A stretch of 64,000 bases of DNA, from positions 1 to 64,000 of the forward strand of contig CANMWZ010000008.1 in assembly GCA_947501605.1 (NCBI GenBank). The letters run 5' to 3'. The stretch is from Planctomycetota bacterium (GTDB lineage: Bacteria > Planctomycetota > UBA1135 > UBA2386). Position 1 is the stretch's first letter; every line of letters begins with the position of its first letter. The position numbers and the translations under genes were made by a program. This document shows, one piece after another, positions 11,107 through 19,863 of the stretch. A model generated the notes under the pieces. That model saw only the letters and a program-made list of their open reading frames with translations. It did no database searches and was not told the DNA's origin.

Positions 11107-11486
11107 GGCGCTGGAGTTGGGGGCTTGGCTGGCTTTGGGTTGGGTGACGGCAGGTCGGCTGATCGCGGGCTCAGGTCGGCTGATCGCGGGCTCACCGGCG
11201 GCAGCGACCCAGGTTTGGGCGTCGACAATTCGGTTGGGATGTTCAGCGTTTGGCGAGGGGCGCGACGGCTCAGGCCCAGGCTGCCTGGTGCCAGCTCCGT
11301 GATCAGATGGATCGCACCGCCGACCACACCGAGCAACGTGCAGCCGAGAACGAGCCATGGACCCGTGGACAGCTTCGTATCGAGCCACGAACCGCCGAAC
11401 GCAAACAACGCCACGGTGACCGCGAAGGTCAACCCGGCGCCGAGCGCGCGCGACGAATCGGCGGGTTTCTGGGGCAGGGCAGCCAT
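11103..11486 (-). CDS. AtpZ/AtpI (ATP synthase gene 1) family protein with Pro-rich C-terminal tail
   Basis: GLTFAVTVALFAFGGSWLDTKLSTGPWLVLGCTLLGVVGG fits the gene-1 pattern (G..LD..L.T.PW...G.LLG). GGAGG just upstream of ATG 11486; first gene of the operon. Confidence 0.85.
   Translation of the reverse strand: MAALPQKPADSSRALGAGLTFAVTVALFAFGGSWLDTKLSTGPWLVLGCTLLGVVGGAIHLITELAPGSLGLSRRAPRQTLNIPTELSTPKPGSLPPVSPRSADLSPRSADLPSPNPKPAKPPTPAP
11151..11192. repeat. Perfect 2 x 21-bp tandem duplication CAGGTCGGCTGATCGCGGGCT (SPRSADL x2)
   Basis: Read directly. Confidence 0.95.
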
Positions 11487-11642
11487 TCCCTCCGCAAAGA
11501 ACGAAGTTCGAGGGCCGCGGATGATAGAGACGGTCTCGAGAAGGGCAATGGCGAAGTCGCGCAGAATTCTGGCCGGAATGCAGCGGTGCTTTCCCTCTCT
11601 ACGAGTGCACCCAGTCGGTGCACACACCTGGAGAGAACCCAC

Positions 11643-12752
11643 ATGCCACGACTGCTGCATCCCGATTCCCCACTCCCTACTGCCCTCGTCCCTCTCGCTT
11701 TGGCTGCGGCACTCGCGACGAGTTCCGCGCGTGCGCAGGCGCAACCTCAAGCCGTCTCGCCCGCCGATCGAACCTCACTGGAGGGGAGCAGCTTCACACA
11801 CTTCCCACTCGGGCGACCCAACGCGCGGTTTCAGTTTCTGCATCAGGACCTGCCGGCAGGCTTCGCGCTGCACGGTCACGCGTTCCGCCGGGATGCCGCA
11901 CAAGTGCGCGGTGTTGTGGATGGGTTCGCCGCCGAACTCGAAGTCAGCCTGTCGATGTCTCCGCGTACACCAGCCACCGCGTCTGCAACATTCAGCGACA
12001 ACGCCGGCGCCGCAACCGTCGTACTGCCGCGCACGACGCTGGTCTTCCCTGCGACTGCGAGGCCGCAACTCGACCCGGCCACGAGCTTCGATCTGATCGT
12101 CCCCTACGCGCTGCCGTTCGTGCTGCCGCCGGGCGGAGGGACTCTCTGTGTCGATACCGTGATGTTCGCCAACGTGTCGTCGGCTGGGGTCGATCGCAGC
12201 CTCAGCATCTACCTCGACTCGCACGAGATCTCGACCACGACCAATGAACAGGCCGGCTTCCGCACCGGCAGCGGCTGCGCGGCCCTCGGCAGCACCACTC
12301 CTGCCACGGCGACGATGGCCCTGCGGCACCTCGGCTCCGCTCTGCAACTCGACGTGGCGGCGCGCAACGGGGTACCCAATCGCGGCAATGGCCTTTCGTA
12401 CAGCTATCTGGCGTTCGGCGTCGGACAAGTCACCTCGCCGTGGCCGTTTCGCCCGGCCTGTGTGCTGCAGACGTCGACCGAACACTGGTTCGTGCTCGGT
12501 CAGAACGATGCGGTTGGCACCTGCGATGCGAGCTTGCAGTGGCCCATGCTGCCCTCGGGCTATCGGGTCTACCTCCAGGCTGGCTCGATCGAACTGGGTA
12601 CATCCGATCTCGTGTTCTCCGATCTAACCCAGATGATGACGCCCCCTGCCGCACCGCTCACCTTGCCGGCGGCGCGAATCGCTGCTTCGACCAACCGCGC
12701 CTCGTTGACTGGCGCGGTTTCCACGGCGGTGCCGGTAACTCTGTTCTTCTGA
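11643..12752 (+). CDS. Secreted hypothetical protein carrying the shared C-terminal-type domain
   Basis: ATG 11643 with GGAGAG upstream; signal peptide ending ARAQ; TGSGC...YLAFG...VYLQAG...FSD segment. Confidence 0.8.
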   Translation: MPRLLHPDSPLPTALVPLALAAALATSSARAQAQPQAVSPADRTSLEGSSFTHFPLGRPNARFQFLHQDLPAGFALHGHAFRRDAAQVRGVVDGFAAELEVSLSMSPRTPATASATFSDNAGAATVVLPRTTLVFPATARPQLDPATSFDLIVPYALPFVLPPGGGTLCVDTVMFANVSSAGVDRSLSIYLDSHEISTTTNEQAGFRTGSGCAALGSTTPATATMALRHLGSALQLDVAARNGVPNRGNGLSYSYLAFGVGQVTSPWPFRPACVLQTSTEHWFVLGQNDAVGTCDASLQWPMLPSGYRVYLQAGSIELGTSDLVFSDLTQMMTPPAAPLTLPAARIAASTNRASLTGAVSTAVPVTLFF

Positions 12753-12791
12753 GGCGCCGCTCGGCGAGCGGGCCGCCGCGCTGCCGCGGGG

Positions 12792-14387
12792 TCAGTGCCG
12801 CGCCAGCACGCCGTCGACCGTGCGTAGGAGACCCGCTGGATTGCCATCGCGCAGCTCCGGCGGCAAGGTGGCCATCGGCGCATCCTGCCAGCAGTGCGGC
12901 CTGACCCAACGCAGGACCGAACGCGGTCCGACGGCGGTGAAACGGCTGTCACTGCTCGCCGGCCAAGGGCCCCCGTGCTGCATGGCGGTCGTGACCTCAA
13001 CTCCGGTCGGCACTCCGTTGTGCACGAGGCGTCCGACGCGACGACGAAGCGTCGCCAACAGTGCCTCGTGTTGGTCGAAGTCGGCATCGGTACCGTGCAC
13101 GGTGGCGGTCAGGTGCCCGTGCAGGGAAGCCGCAACCGCAAGCATCTCTGCACGACTGCGACACCGAACTGCCACGGTTGCCGGGCCGTAGATCTCTTGA
13201 CGCAACCTTGCGTGCTGCAACACCGCCGCTGCGTTCGTTTGAAGCAACACCGCAGCCACGGCCGTGGCGCTGTCTGTCGGCGCCGCCGCGGACTTGGCAC
13301 TCACGGTGACTCCGTGCAGGGATTGCACTTCGGCGCTGGCACGCGCGAAGCTCGAATGCAAATCCGGATGCACCATCGTGCCGTTGCTGCCGCGCCCGAA
13401 CGCCGCAGCGAGTTCGGCACCGAAGGCATCCGCGCCGGGGCCGTCGCACCACAGCACCATCCCTGGACTCGTGCAGAACTGTCCGCACGCCAGCAAAGCG
13501 GAAGCTGCGACCATGGACGCGATTGCAGGGCCGCGTTCGTGCAGCGCCCCTGGCAGCACAAAGACGGGATTCATCGACCCCATCTCCGCGAACAACGGAA
13601 TGGGCACGGGGCGCGCATTCGCCAGTCGACACAGCGCGGCGCCACCAGCAACGGACCCGGTGAAGCCAACAGCCGCGATCCCTGAATGCTCAACAAGCGC
13701 TTGCCCGACCGCGTGCGATCTGCCGTGCACCATGCCGAACGCGCCCAGCGGAACCTTGCACGTGTGCATGGCGGCGACGATCGCGCGCGCCACGCCTTCA
13801 CTGGTTCCGGGGTGCATCGGATGCGCCTTGACCACTACCGGACAGCCGACCGCGAGGGCCGAAGCCGTGTCGCCACCCGCCACGGAGTAGGCAAAGGGAA
13901 AGTTCGACGACCCGAACACCGCAACGGCTCCCATCGGCACCAACATCGTGCGCAGATCGGGTCGGCGTTGCGGGTGTCGCGCTTCGTCGGCGCGATCCAA
14001 GCGCGCATCCACCCACGAACCGTCCTCCAACAGGGCCGCGAACAACTCCAGCTGGAGCACAGTGCGTCCGCGTTCGGCGACGAGCCGCGCGCGCGGCAAG
14101 GCGGTCTCGAGTTCTGCCCGCTCGAGCAGTTCGTCGCCCGCCGCAACCAACTCGTGCGCGATTGCCCGCAAGAAGGCGGCGCGACGCTGGGCCGAGAGTC
14201 CCGCGAACGGAATCTCCGCGACACCAGCAGCGGCCACGGCGGCACCTACCTGCGCAACCGAAGCATCGGCAAACTCGGGCCCGAGTGGCTCGCCGGTCCT
14301 GGCTGCTGCGGCCGCGAACCGAGCACCCTGGCCATCCACTTCGATGCCGTCGATCCAGCATGCGCCGCCGAGCGGTAAAACGGTCAC
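12792..14387 (-). CDS. Aldehyde dehydrogenase (NADP+), alpha-ketoglutaric semialdehyde dehydrogenase-like
   Basis: VFGSSNFPFAYSVAGGDTASALAVGCPVVVKAHPMHPGT, GFTGS, FAEMGSMNP, catalytic GQFCTSPG, HGGPWPAS. GTG start overlaps the stop of the DapA-family gene. Confidence 0.92.
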   Translation of the reverse strand: MTVLPLGGACWIDGIEVDGQGARFAAAAARTGEPLGPEFADASVAQVGAAVAAAGVAEIPFAGLSAQRRAAFLRAIAHELVAAGDELLERAELETALPRARLVAERGRTVLQLELFAALLEDGSWVDARLDRADEARHPQRRPDLRTMLVPMGAVAVFGSSNFPFAYSVAGGDTASALAVGCPVVVKAHPMHPGTSEGVARAIVAAMHTCKVPLGAFGMVHGRSHAVGQALVEHSGIAAVGFTGSVAGGAALCRLANARPVPIPLFAEMGSMNPVFVLPGALHERGPAIASMVAASALLACGQFCTSPGMVLWCDGPGADAFGAELAAAFGRGSNGTMVHPDLHSSFARASAEVQSLHGVTVSAKSAAAPTDSATAVAAVLLQTNAAAVLQHARLRQEIYGPATVAVRCRSRAEMLAVAASLHGHLTATVHGTDADFDQHEALLATLRRRVGRLVHNGVPTGVEVTTAMQHGGPWPASSDSRFTAVGPRSVLRWVRPHCWQDAPMATLPPELRDGNPAGLLRTVDGVLARH

Positions 14388-15289
14388 GAGCCAACCTCCG
14401 GTCGACTGCTCAGGGCAGAACGAATCGTGCCCAAGGCCAGCTCGCGAGCGCTGCCGGTCAACGCCAGACGCGGCGCACGCACCCGTTCGTGACCGAGCCC
14501 GACTTCCTGTTGCACGAGCTTGATCAACTGCACGAACTCTGGAACCACGTCGAGACGGAGTAGCGGCAGGAACCACTCGTACAGTTCACGGGCTGCCGCC
14601 CGACCACCGCTGCGCGCTTGCTCGAACAACACGACCGATTCGCGCGGTAACGCATTGACGAGGCCTGCAACCCAACCGCTCGCACCGGCGGTAACGCCTT
14701 CGACCAACATGTCGTCGAGGCCGACCATCACATCGAGTCGCGCACCACATTGGCGGAGGATGGCGGTCACGCGCCGCGAGTCACCGCTCGATTCCTTGCA
14801 GGCAACGAGGTTCCTGTGCTTCTCCGCCAACGCCGCGATCCGCGACGGTTCGAAGTCAACGCCGTAGGCAAACGGGTTGTTGTAGAGCATGCAGGGCAGA
14901 TCGACCGCTTCTAGGACTGCCGAGACGTGGGCCTCCGCTTCCTCCCTCGGGCCTTTGTGCACGTAGGCCGGCAGCACCATCAGTCCCCGGCACCCAAGCT
15001 GCTGCGCCGCGCGAGCGAGAGCAATGGCATCGCGCGTCGACAGGGCCGCGATTCCTGGCATCACAGGTGTGTTGCCGCAGGCAGCAACCAACGTGCGCAG
15101 GACGGCGAGCTTCTCTTCGACGGACAGTGTCGCACCCTCACCCAACGATCCGAGCGGGATCACGCCGCTGCAGCCAGAACGCAGCAGTATCCGGCAATGC
15201 TCGGCCAAGAACGCATGATCGATCTCGCCCGAAGCCGTGAACGGCGTTGTGATCGCGGGCATCACGCCGCGGAAGGGACTCGTGCTCAT
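14384..15289 (-). CDS. DapA-family lyase, probable 1-pyrroline-4-hydroxy-2-carboxylate deaminase-like
   Basis: GVMPAITTPF, GSLGE (not GTTGE), MLYNNP, Schiff-base KESSGD, GWVAGLVNA; coupled to the KGSA dehydrogenase-like gene. Confidence 0.85.
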   Translation of the reverse strand: MSTSPFRGVMPAITTPFTASGEIDHAFLAEHCRILLRSGCSGVIPLGSLGEGATLSVEEKLAVLRTLVAACGNTPVMPGIAALSTRDAIALARAAQQLGCRGLMVLPAYVHKGPREEAEAHVSAVLEAVDLPCMLYNNPFAYGVDFEPSRIAALAEKHRNLVACKESSGDSRRVTAILRQCGARLDVMVGLDDMLVEGVTAGASGWVAGLVNALPRESVVLFEQARSGGRAAARELYEWFLPLLRLDVVPEFVQLIKLVQQEVGLGHERVRAPRLALTGSARELALGTIRSALSSRPEVGS

Positions 15290-15355
15290 TCCTCTACCGG
15301 AACTCAAGGAGACGGACGGCGCAAGACTCCGCTGCGTCGGCGGCAGCCTGCCGAA

Positions 15356-17056
15356 TCAGAAGTTGTTGCCGACGAACAGCCCGTTCGAGGTGTCGAGGTT
15401 CGACAGCGCATCGAGAGCGCCGGCTTGCAGATAGGCTGCGAGTCCAGGAATCGGCGGGATGCCCAGCACCAGCTGGCCGGCGCCGGCGAGGTTGGCAAAG
15501 AAAATGTAGCTCTGGTCCAGAGTCGCCAGCGCGTTGCAGCTCTGCCACGGGGCTGGCAGCGGGACACTGATCTGTTGCGTGCCGATCGCGAGAACCATGA
15601 GCGCGTTCGCGGGCGCACCGAGCGTGGTCAGGGTCAGCGTTTGGCCCAATCCCGTCGCCGGCGTGAGCTGCCCCGAGAGAATCAGATTCTGGCAGCGCAC
15701 GCCGTACGGTGTGAGCACGGCCCCTGGCACGAGCCCGAAGTAATCCGTAAGCGCGAGTCCGAGGTGCTGACCGCACAGCCGGTAGTCAGCTTCGGTGTTC
15801 CACGTCACTTGATCGGGGCCGCGGCCGTAGGTGCCTTCCAGGGTGATGGCCATCACCGGCTGCTCGAAGTTGGGGGAACCGAGCCAACTGGGCACCGCGG
15901 TCCAGCGATCATGCGACATCGACTCCACGAACGGACGCGAGGGGAAGCCAGCGCTGCTGCTCTGATTCACGCCAAGGTTGACGAAGGAGCTGCGCGCCCT
16001 GAGTGCATTGACCCAACTCAGCTCGCGCTGGTTGACGATCGGCAGCACACCTGTGGCCCCGGCGGTCCAGGCGGCGTTCGCGCTGTGCACGAAGTGAAAC
16101 GGATAGGCGATGTTGTGGGAGCTGTGCAGATTGAGCAGCACTTGAATCGGATTCTGGGCCGGAACGGCCGCCGAACCCATGAACTGCTCGATCTTGGTGC
16201 GCAGTGCGACGATCTCCGGTTGCGTGCTGGTGTACGGAGCTGCCCACTCGTCCTCGAGATTGACGGAGTTGGCGTTCACGCGGTAGTTGCCGAGAAAGAC
16301 CCCGTCAGGATTTGCCATGGGCACGATCGTGACGATGGCCTGGTCGAGCAACTGCAAGGCAGAGGGATCGCTGGAACAGAGCCAGTCAACGAGCCCTTCG
16401 CAGGTGAAGTAGCTGGTGCTCTCCGATGGGTGGATGCCCGAGTGGATCCACACGCGCCGCTTGTTGACGTCGGGCACGAAGGCGTCCGTGAACTCCAGCA
16501 TCTCGATCGTGCGCCCTTGCACCGAGGTCCCCAGCACCGTCGTGCTGCGCAGTTGCGGCCGAGTTTGTAGGGATGCGACCCACGCGTTCTTCCGTGCCAC
16601 AGTGTAGGGGAAGTACTTGGCAAGACGGAATGCGACCACCCCCGCCGGAACCACAAGGGAAAAGGTGTGGCGCCCGGCCGAGAGCACGGTCGGCGTTGCG
16701 CTCGTTGGACAACGCACATAGCTGCCGAACGTCGTGCCGTTGGTGCTCTGCGCCCAAACGGGCAAGATCACGTCGGAGTAGCCACTCGTGCTGTCGATCG
16801 TGAAGTTCAGCGTGACGCCCGCAGGATTGAGGTTGGCGATCTGGCAGTGCCACCAGCGGCGAAAACTCGTTGGCAACGACGGGTTGACGTTGTCGTTCTC
16901 GACCACGACGGTCACGTTGAACGCACCCGCGCCAGCGTTGGCAACCGTCGAGGAACGGATGCGCATCGTGTCTCCACTGGCGGATACGACCGGCGTTTGG
17001 CCAAGCCCGATCGCACTGAGCGCGAGAACGACGAAGGCAAAGGGATACCAAACCAT
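15356..17056 (-). CDS. Secreted M14-family zinc carboxypeptidase with shared C-terminal domain
   Basis: Signal peptide; HPSE zinc motif, MANPDG, NYRVN, LNLHSS, TLEGT. Confidence 0.88.
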   Translation of the reverse strand: MVWYPFAFVVLALSAIGLGQTPVVSASGDTMRIRSSTVANAGAGAFNVTVVVENDNVNPSLPTSFRRWWHCQIANLNPAGVTLNFTIDSTSGYSDVILPVWAQSTNGTTFGSYVRCPTSATPTVLSAGRHTFSLVVPAGVVAFRLAKYFPYTVARKNAWVASLQTRPQLRSTTVLGTSVQGRTIEMLEFTDAFVPDVNKRRVWIHSGIHPSESTSYFTCEGLVDWLCSSDPSALQLLDQAIVTIVPMANPDGVFLGNYRVNANSVNLEDEWAAPYTSTQPEIVALRTKIEQFMGSAAVPAQNPIQVLLNLHSSHNIAYPFHFVHSANAAWTAGATGVLPIVNQRELSWVNALRARSSFVNLGVNQSSSAGFPSRPFVESMSHDRWTAVPSWLGSPNFEQPVMAITLEGTYGRGPDQVTWNTEADYRLCGQHLGLALTDYFGLVPGAVLTPYGVRCQNLILSGQLTPATGLGQTLTLTTLGAPANALMVLAIGTQQISVPLPAPWQSCNALATLDQSYIFFANLAGAGQLVLGIPPIPGLAAYLQAGALDALSNLDTSNGLFVGNNF

Positions 17057-17153
17057 GAAGAGCAGAGTCGCACGTCACCGCAAGGTGGTCAACCACACTC
17101 GCGCGTCTTGTCGGCGAGGTTCGGCCCGACGTACAGACTCGCCAGTGCAGGGC

Positions 17154-17159
17154 TACACT
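17154..17159 (+). promoter_or_regulatory. Candidate -10 hexamer TACACT, 7 nt before the GTG at 17167 (leaderless-type)
   Basis: TAnnnT match; no Shine-Dalgarno between it and the start. Confidence 0.4.
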
Positions 17160-17166
17160 CGGCCCC

Positions 17167-17814
17167 GTGCAAACCGCGTTCTACCGAGCTCTGGAGCAGG
17201 CCAACCGCGCGATCGGTAGCGCCGCCGATCCCACCGCGGCCGCGCATGCGGTTGCCGACCAGTTCGCCACGGCGGCGAAGGCACGCGAAACCTGGGCCTG
17301 CCAACAAGGATGCGCCCATTGTTGCCGGTTCCCGGTTGGCGTGACGGTTACCGAGGCACTTCGGCTGGGCGAGGCACTGCGGCTCGCACCGGTCGCCGAA
17401 CGCCAACGCCTGCTGCGGACCATCGAAGCAGAAGCTCGAGAATCGGCTGCCGTGTCGTGGTTGGAGCTCGCGGGGCGCCCCTGCCCGCTGCTCCATCGTG
17501 GCGCCTGTTCGCTGTATGCCGCTCGTCCTGTGCCGTGCCGTTCGCTGGGCTCCGCGGACGCCACCGCATGCGAACGGGCTGCCGATGGTGACGCTGTCCC
17601 CGTGCCGCTCTCGGACGATTCCTTCGCGGCGGGACTGGCAGTTGGGCAAGCTCTCGACGCTCGCACCGGGGCCCACGGTCATCGCGAGCTCCGGGCGGCG
17701 CTGTACGCGGTGTTGACCGCCGCGGACGACGCCAGAACGGTCGCTTTCATCGCGGCTCGACCGGCTGGCGGCGATGCCCAGGCGGCCGCTGCCCCCCGAT
17801 GCGGCCCGGGGTAG
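17167..17814 (+). CDS. YkgJ-family (CxxCxxCC) cysteine-cluster protein
   Basis: ACQQGCAHCC, CPLL, CSLYAARPVPCR. Confidence 0.88.
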   Translation: MQTAFYRALEQANRAIGSAADPTAAAHAVADQFATAAKARETWACQQGCAHCCRFPVGVTVTEALRLGEALRLAPVAERQRLLRTIEAEARESAAVSWLELAGRPCPLLHRGACSLYAARPVPCRSLGSADATACERAADGDAVPVPLSDDSFAAGLAVGQALDARTGAHGHRELRAALYAVLTAADDARTVAFIAARPAGGDAQAAAAPRCGPG

Positions 17815-17827
17815 ACTTCTGTCTCTC

Positions 17828-19840
17828 ATGCGCCTTCCTGACTCGCTGCGGACCGTTGGCATCGCCATAGTGGGCCTTGCCGTCGCGAACACGGCGCTGG
17901 CGCAGGTGCCGCGCGCGCAGTCTGCGATAGCGAGGGCTGCGGAACCGACGAGCGAAGGGCGGCTCGCGCCCTACCTACGGGCGCGACTCGCGAGCTCACG
18001 GCGGGACGAACTGGTGCCTGTTTACTTCTGTCTCCGGGAGCGTCTCGCGGAAGCGCATTGGTTTCCGCGAGTGCAACGACTGCCGCTGCACCAACGACGT
18101 CATCTCGTCGTGGCGGAATTGCGTGCGCATGCCGCGCGGACGCAGGCCAGCTTGCTAGCTGTACTGCGGGACGATCCCACAGCAGTGGAAGCGCTCTCGA
18201 TCCAATCGAATTGGCTCGGCAACTTCGTGCAGTGTCGAGCGACCCCAGCCGCGATTCTGCGTGCGGCAGCACTGCCATCGATCGATCGCGTGGCCCTCGA
18301 CGTGGCCCCTGCACTGGCGGAAGTTGCCGACCGCGCGGATCGCGTCGAGAGCCCTGCCGCAGTCCTGGCTGCCGATGCCTGTCTACCGCCACCGTCACTG
18401 CCGATTCCCGGGGACGCCGCTGTGTTCACGCGCGCATTCTCGGTCTGGAACGCCGGCATCCGCGGTCAAGGCATCGTGATCGCAAACGTCGACGGCGGCC
18501 TTACGCAACACAACGACCTCGACCTTCGGCGTTGGATCAACCTCGGCGAGATCCCAGGCAACGGCCTCGACGATGACCAGAATGGCTTCATCGATGACGT
18601 TCATGGTTTCGCCTTCGATCTCGGTACCGCGCAGCTCGACGACGGCGGCGGGCACGGCACGATGACCGCGGGGCTCCTGGTTGGCGATGGCAGTTGCAGT
18701 GGTATCGCCTATGGCCAGGCGCCACAGGCCCAGGTGATGACCTGTCGCGTACTGTCCGAGACCTCACACTGGAATGCCGTGCAGTACGCGATCGCGATGG
18801 GCGCCGATGTACAGACCAGTTCGTTCAGCTACAAAGCGAGCTTCGTCCCGCCGCCCGATTACCGGATGCACCGCGATGTCGCCACTGCGTCACTGGCCGC
18901 CGGGTTGATTCGCTGCAACTCACCAGGCAACGATGCGGTGTTCGCCAACGACCCCACGAGCGCAGCCCGCGTCCCTCTCAACATTGCGGCTCCGGCCTGC
19001 GTCCCGAGTCCCTACCGCGATCCAAGCCAGGGTCCCGGTGGCTTGTCGGGAGTGATTGCCGTCGGCGCGCTTCGCGTGCTGCAGGACCAGCTCGATCCAG
19101 CGTCACCGTTCGGCCCCTTCGCGTGGTCACTGAGCGACGTGCAACAGAACCTGCCTGGCTATCCAACCGCCGCCTGGGATGTGGCGCACCACGACGATTA
19201 TGCGTTCGCCCAGGGCTTGGCCCAAGGGCTGCTCAAGCCCGACGTGCTCGGACCAACCCAGACGACGACTCTGACTTCGGGGCCATGTCGCGTGGCGACC
19301 TTTGCTGGCACATCGAATGCGACGCCATGCACGGCAGGCACCATCGCCCTCTGGAAGTGCGCCAACCCGAGTCTCACGCCCGAGGACGCAGCGATGCTGG
19401 TGCATCAAACGGCGAGCGACCGTGGCTCGATCCCAGGCAAAGAGAACGGTTACGGCGCGGGGCTGGTCGATGCCGAGCGTGGCTTTCTGCGTGCTCTCTG
19501 CGTGCACCGCGTCGACTTCATGTCGGCGTGGAACGTGGAGCACTCGATCGCTAGCGGTCCGGTGCACCTCGCCATCGACGGTGCCGTCAACTCCCTGGCG
19601 ATTGTCGCGGTCGGCTACCAGCGCACACCGACACCTGTGGGCCCACTCGTGCTCGGCATCGGCCCCGTTGTTGACATCGTGTTCGGCGGGGTAACAGATA
19701 GCGCCGGCGACCTGACAGCATCCATCCCGATCGGGCCGTGGCTCCAGGGGCAAACCTTGGCGACGCAGGCCGTGCTGTGGGACCAGGTGCTCACCGGCAG
19801 GTTGCTCGACAGCAACGTCATCGAGATTTCGTTCCGCTGA
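17828..19840 (+). CDS. Secreted S8 (subtilisin-like) serine peptidase with shared C-terminal domain
   Basis: Signal peptide ending ALAQ, prodomain, triad NVDGG / GHGT / GTSNATP, oxyanion SPGND, GLDDDQNGFIDDVHG loop, LKPDV, YGAGLVDA. Confidence 0.92.
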   Translation: MRLPDSLRTVGIAIVGLAVANTALAQVPRAQSAIARAAEPTSEGRLAPYLRARLASSRRDELVPVYFCLRERLAEAHWFPRVQRLPLHQRRHLVVAELRAHAARTQASLLAVLRDDPTAVEALSIQSNWLGNFVQCRATPAAILRAAALPSIDRVALDVAPALAEVADRADRVESPAAVLAADACLPPPSLPIPGDAAVFTRAFSVWNAGIRGQGIVIANVDGGLTQHNDLDLRRWINLGEIPGNGLDDDQNGFIDDVHGFAFDLGTAQLDDGGGHGTMTAGLLVGDGSCSGIAYGQAPQAQVMTCRVLSETSHWNAVQYAIAMGADVQTSSFSYKASFVPPPDYRMHRDVATASLAAGLIRCNSPGNDAVFANDPTSAARVPLNIAAPACVPSPYRDPSQGPGGLSGVIAVGALRVLQDQLDPASPFGPFAWSLSDVQQNLPGYPTAAWDVAHHDDYAFAQGLAQGLLKPDVLGPTQTTTLTSGPCRVATFAGTSNATPCTAGTIALWKCANPSLTPEDAAMLVHQTASDRGSIPGKENGYGAGLVDAERGFLRALCVHRVDFMSAWNVEHSIASGPVHLAIDGAVNSLAIVAVGYQRTPTPVGPLVLGIGPVVDIVFGGVTDSAGDLTASIPIGPWLQGQTLATQAVLWDQVLTGRLLDSNVIEISFR

Positions 19841-19863
19841 ATCCTGCCACCACAGCGGCTCGG

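Noticed and set aside
11005..11194. Short repeats as a possible CRISPR array
   Set aside because: Directly tandem with no spacers, in frame within coding tails, and no cas genes.
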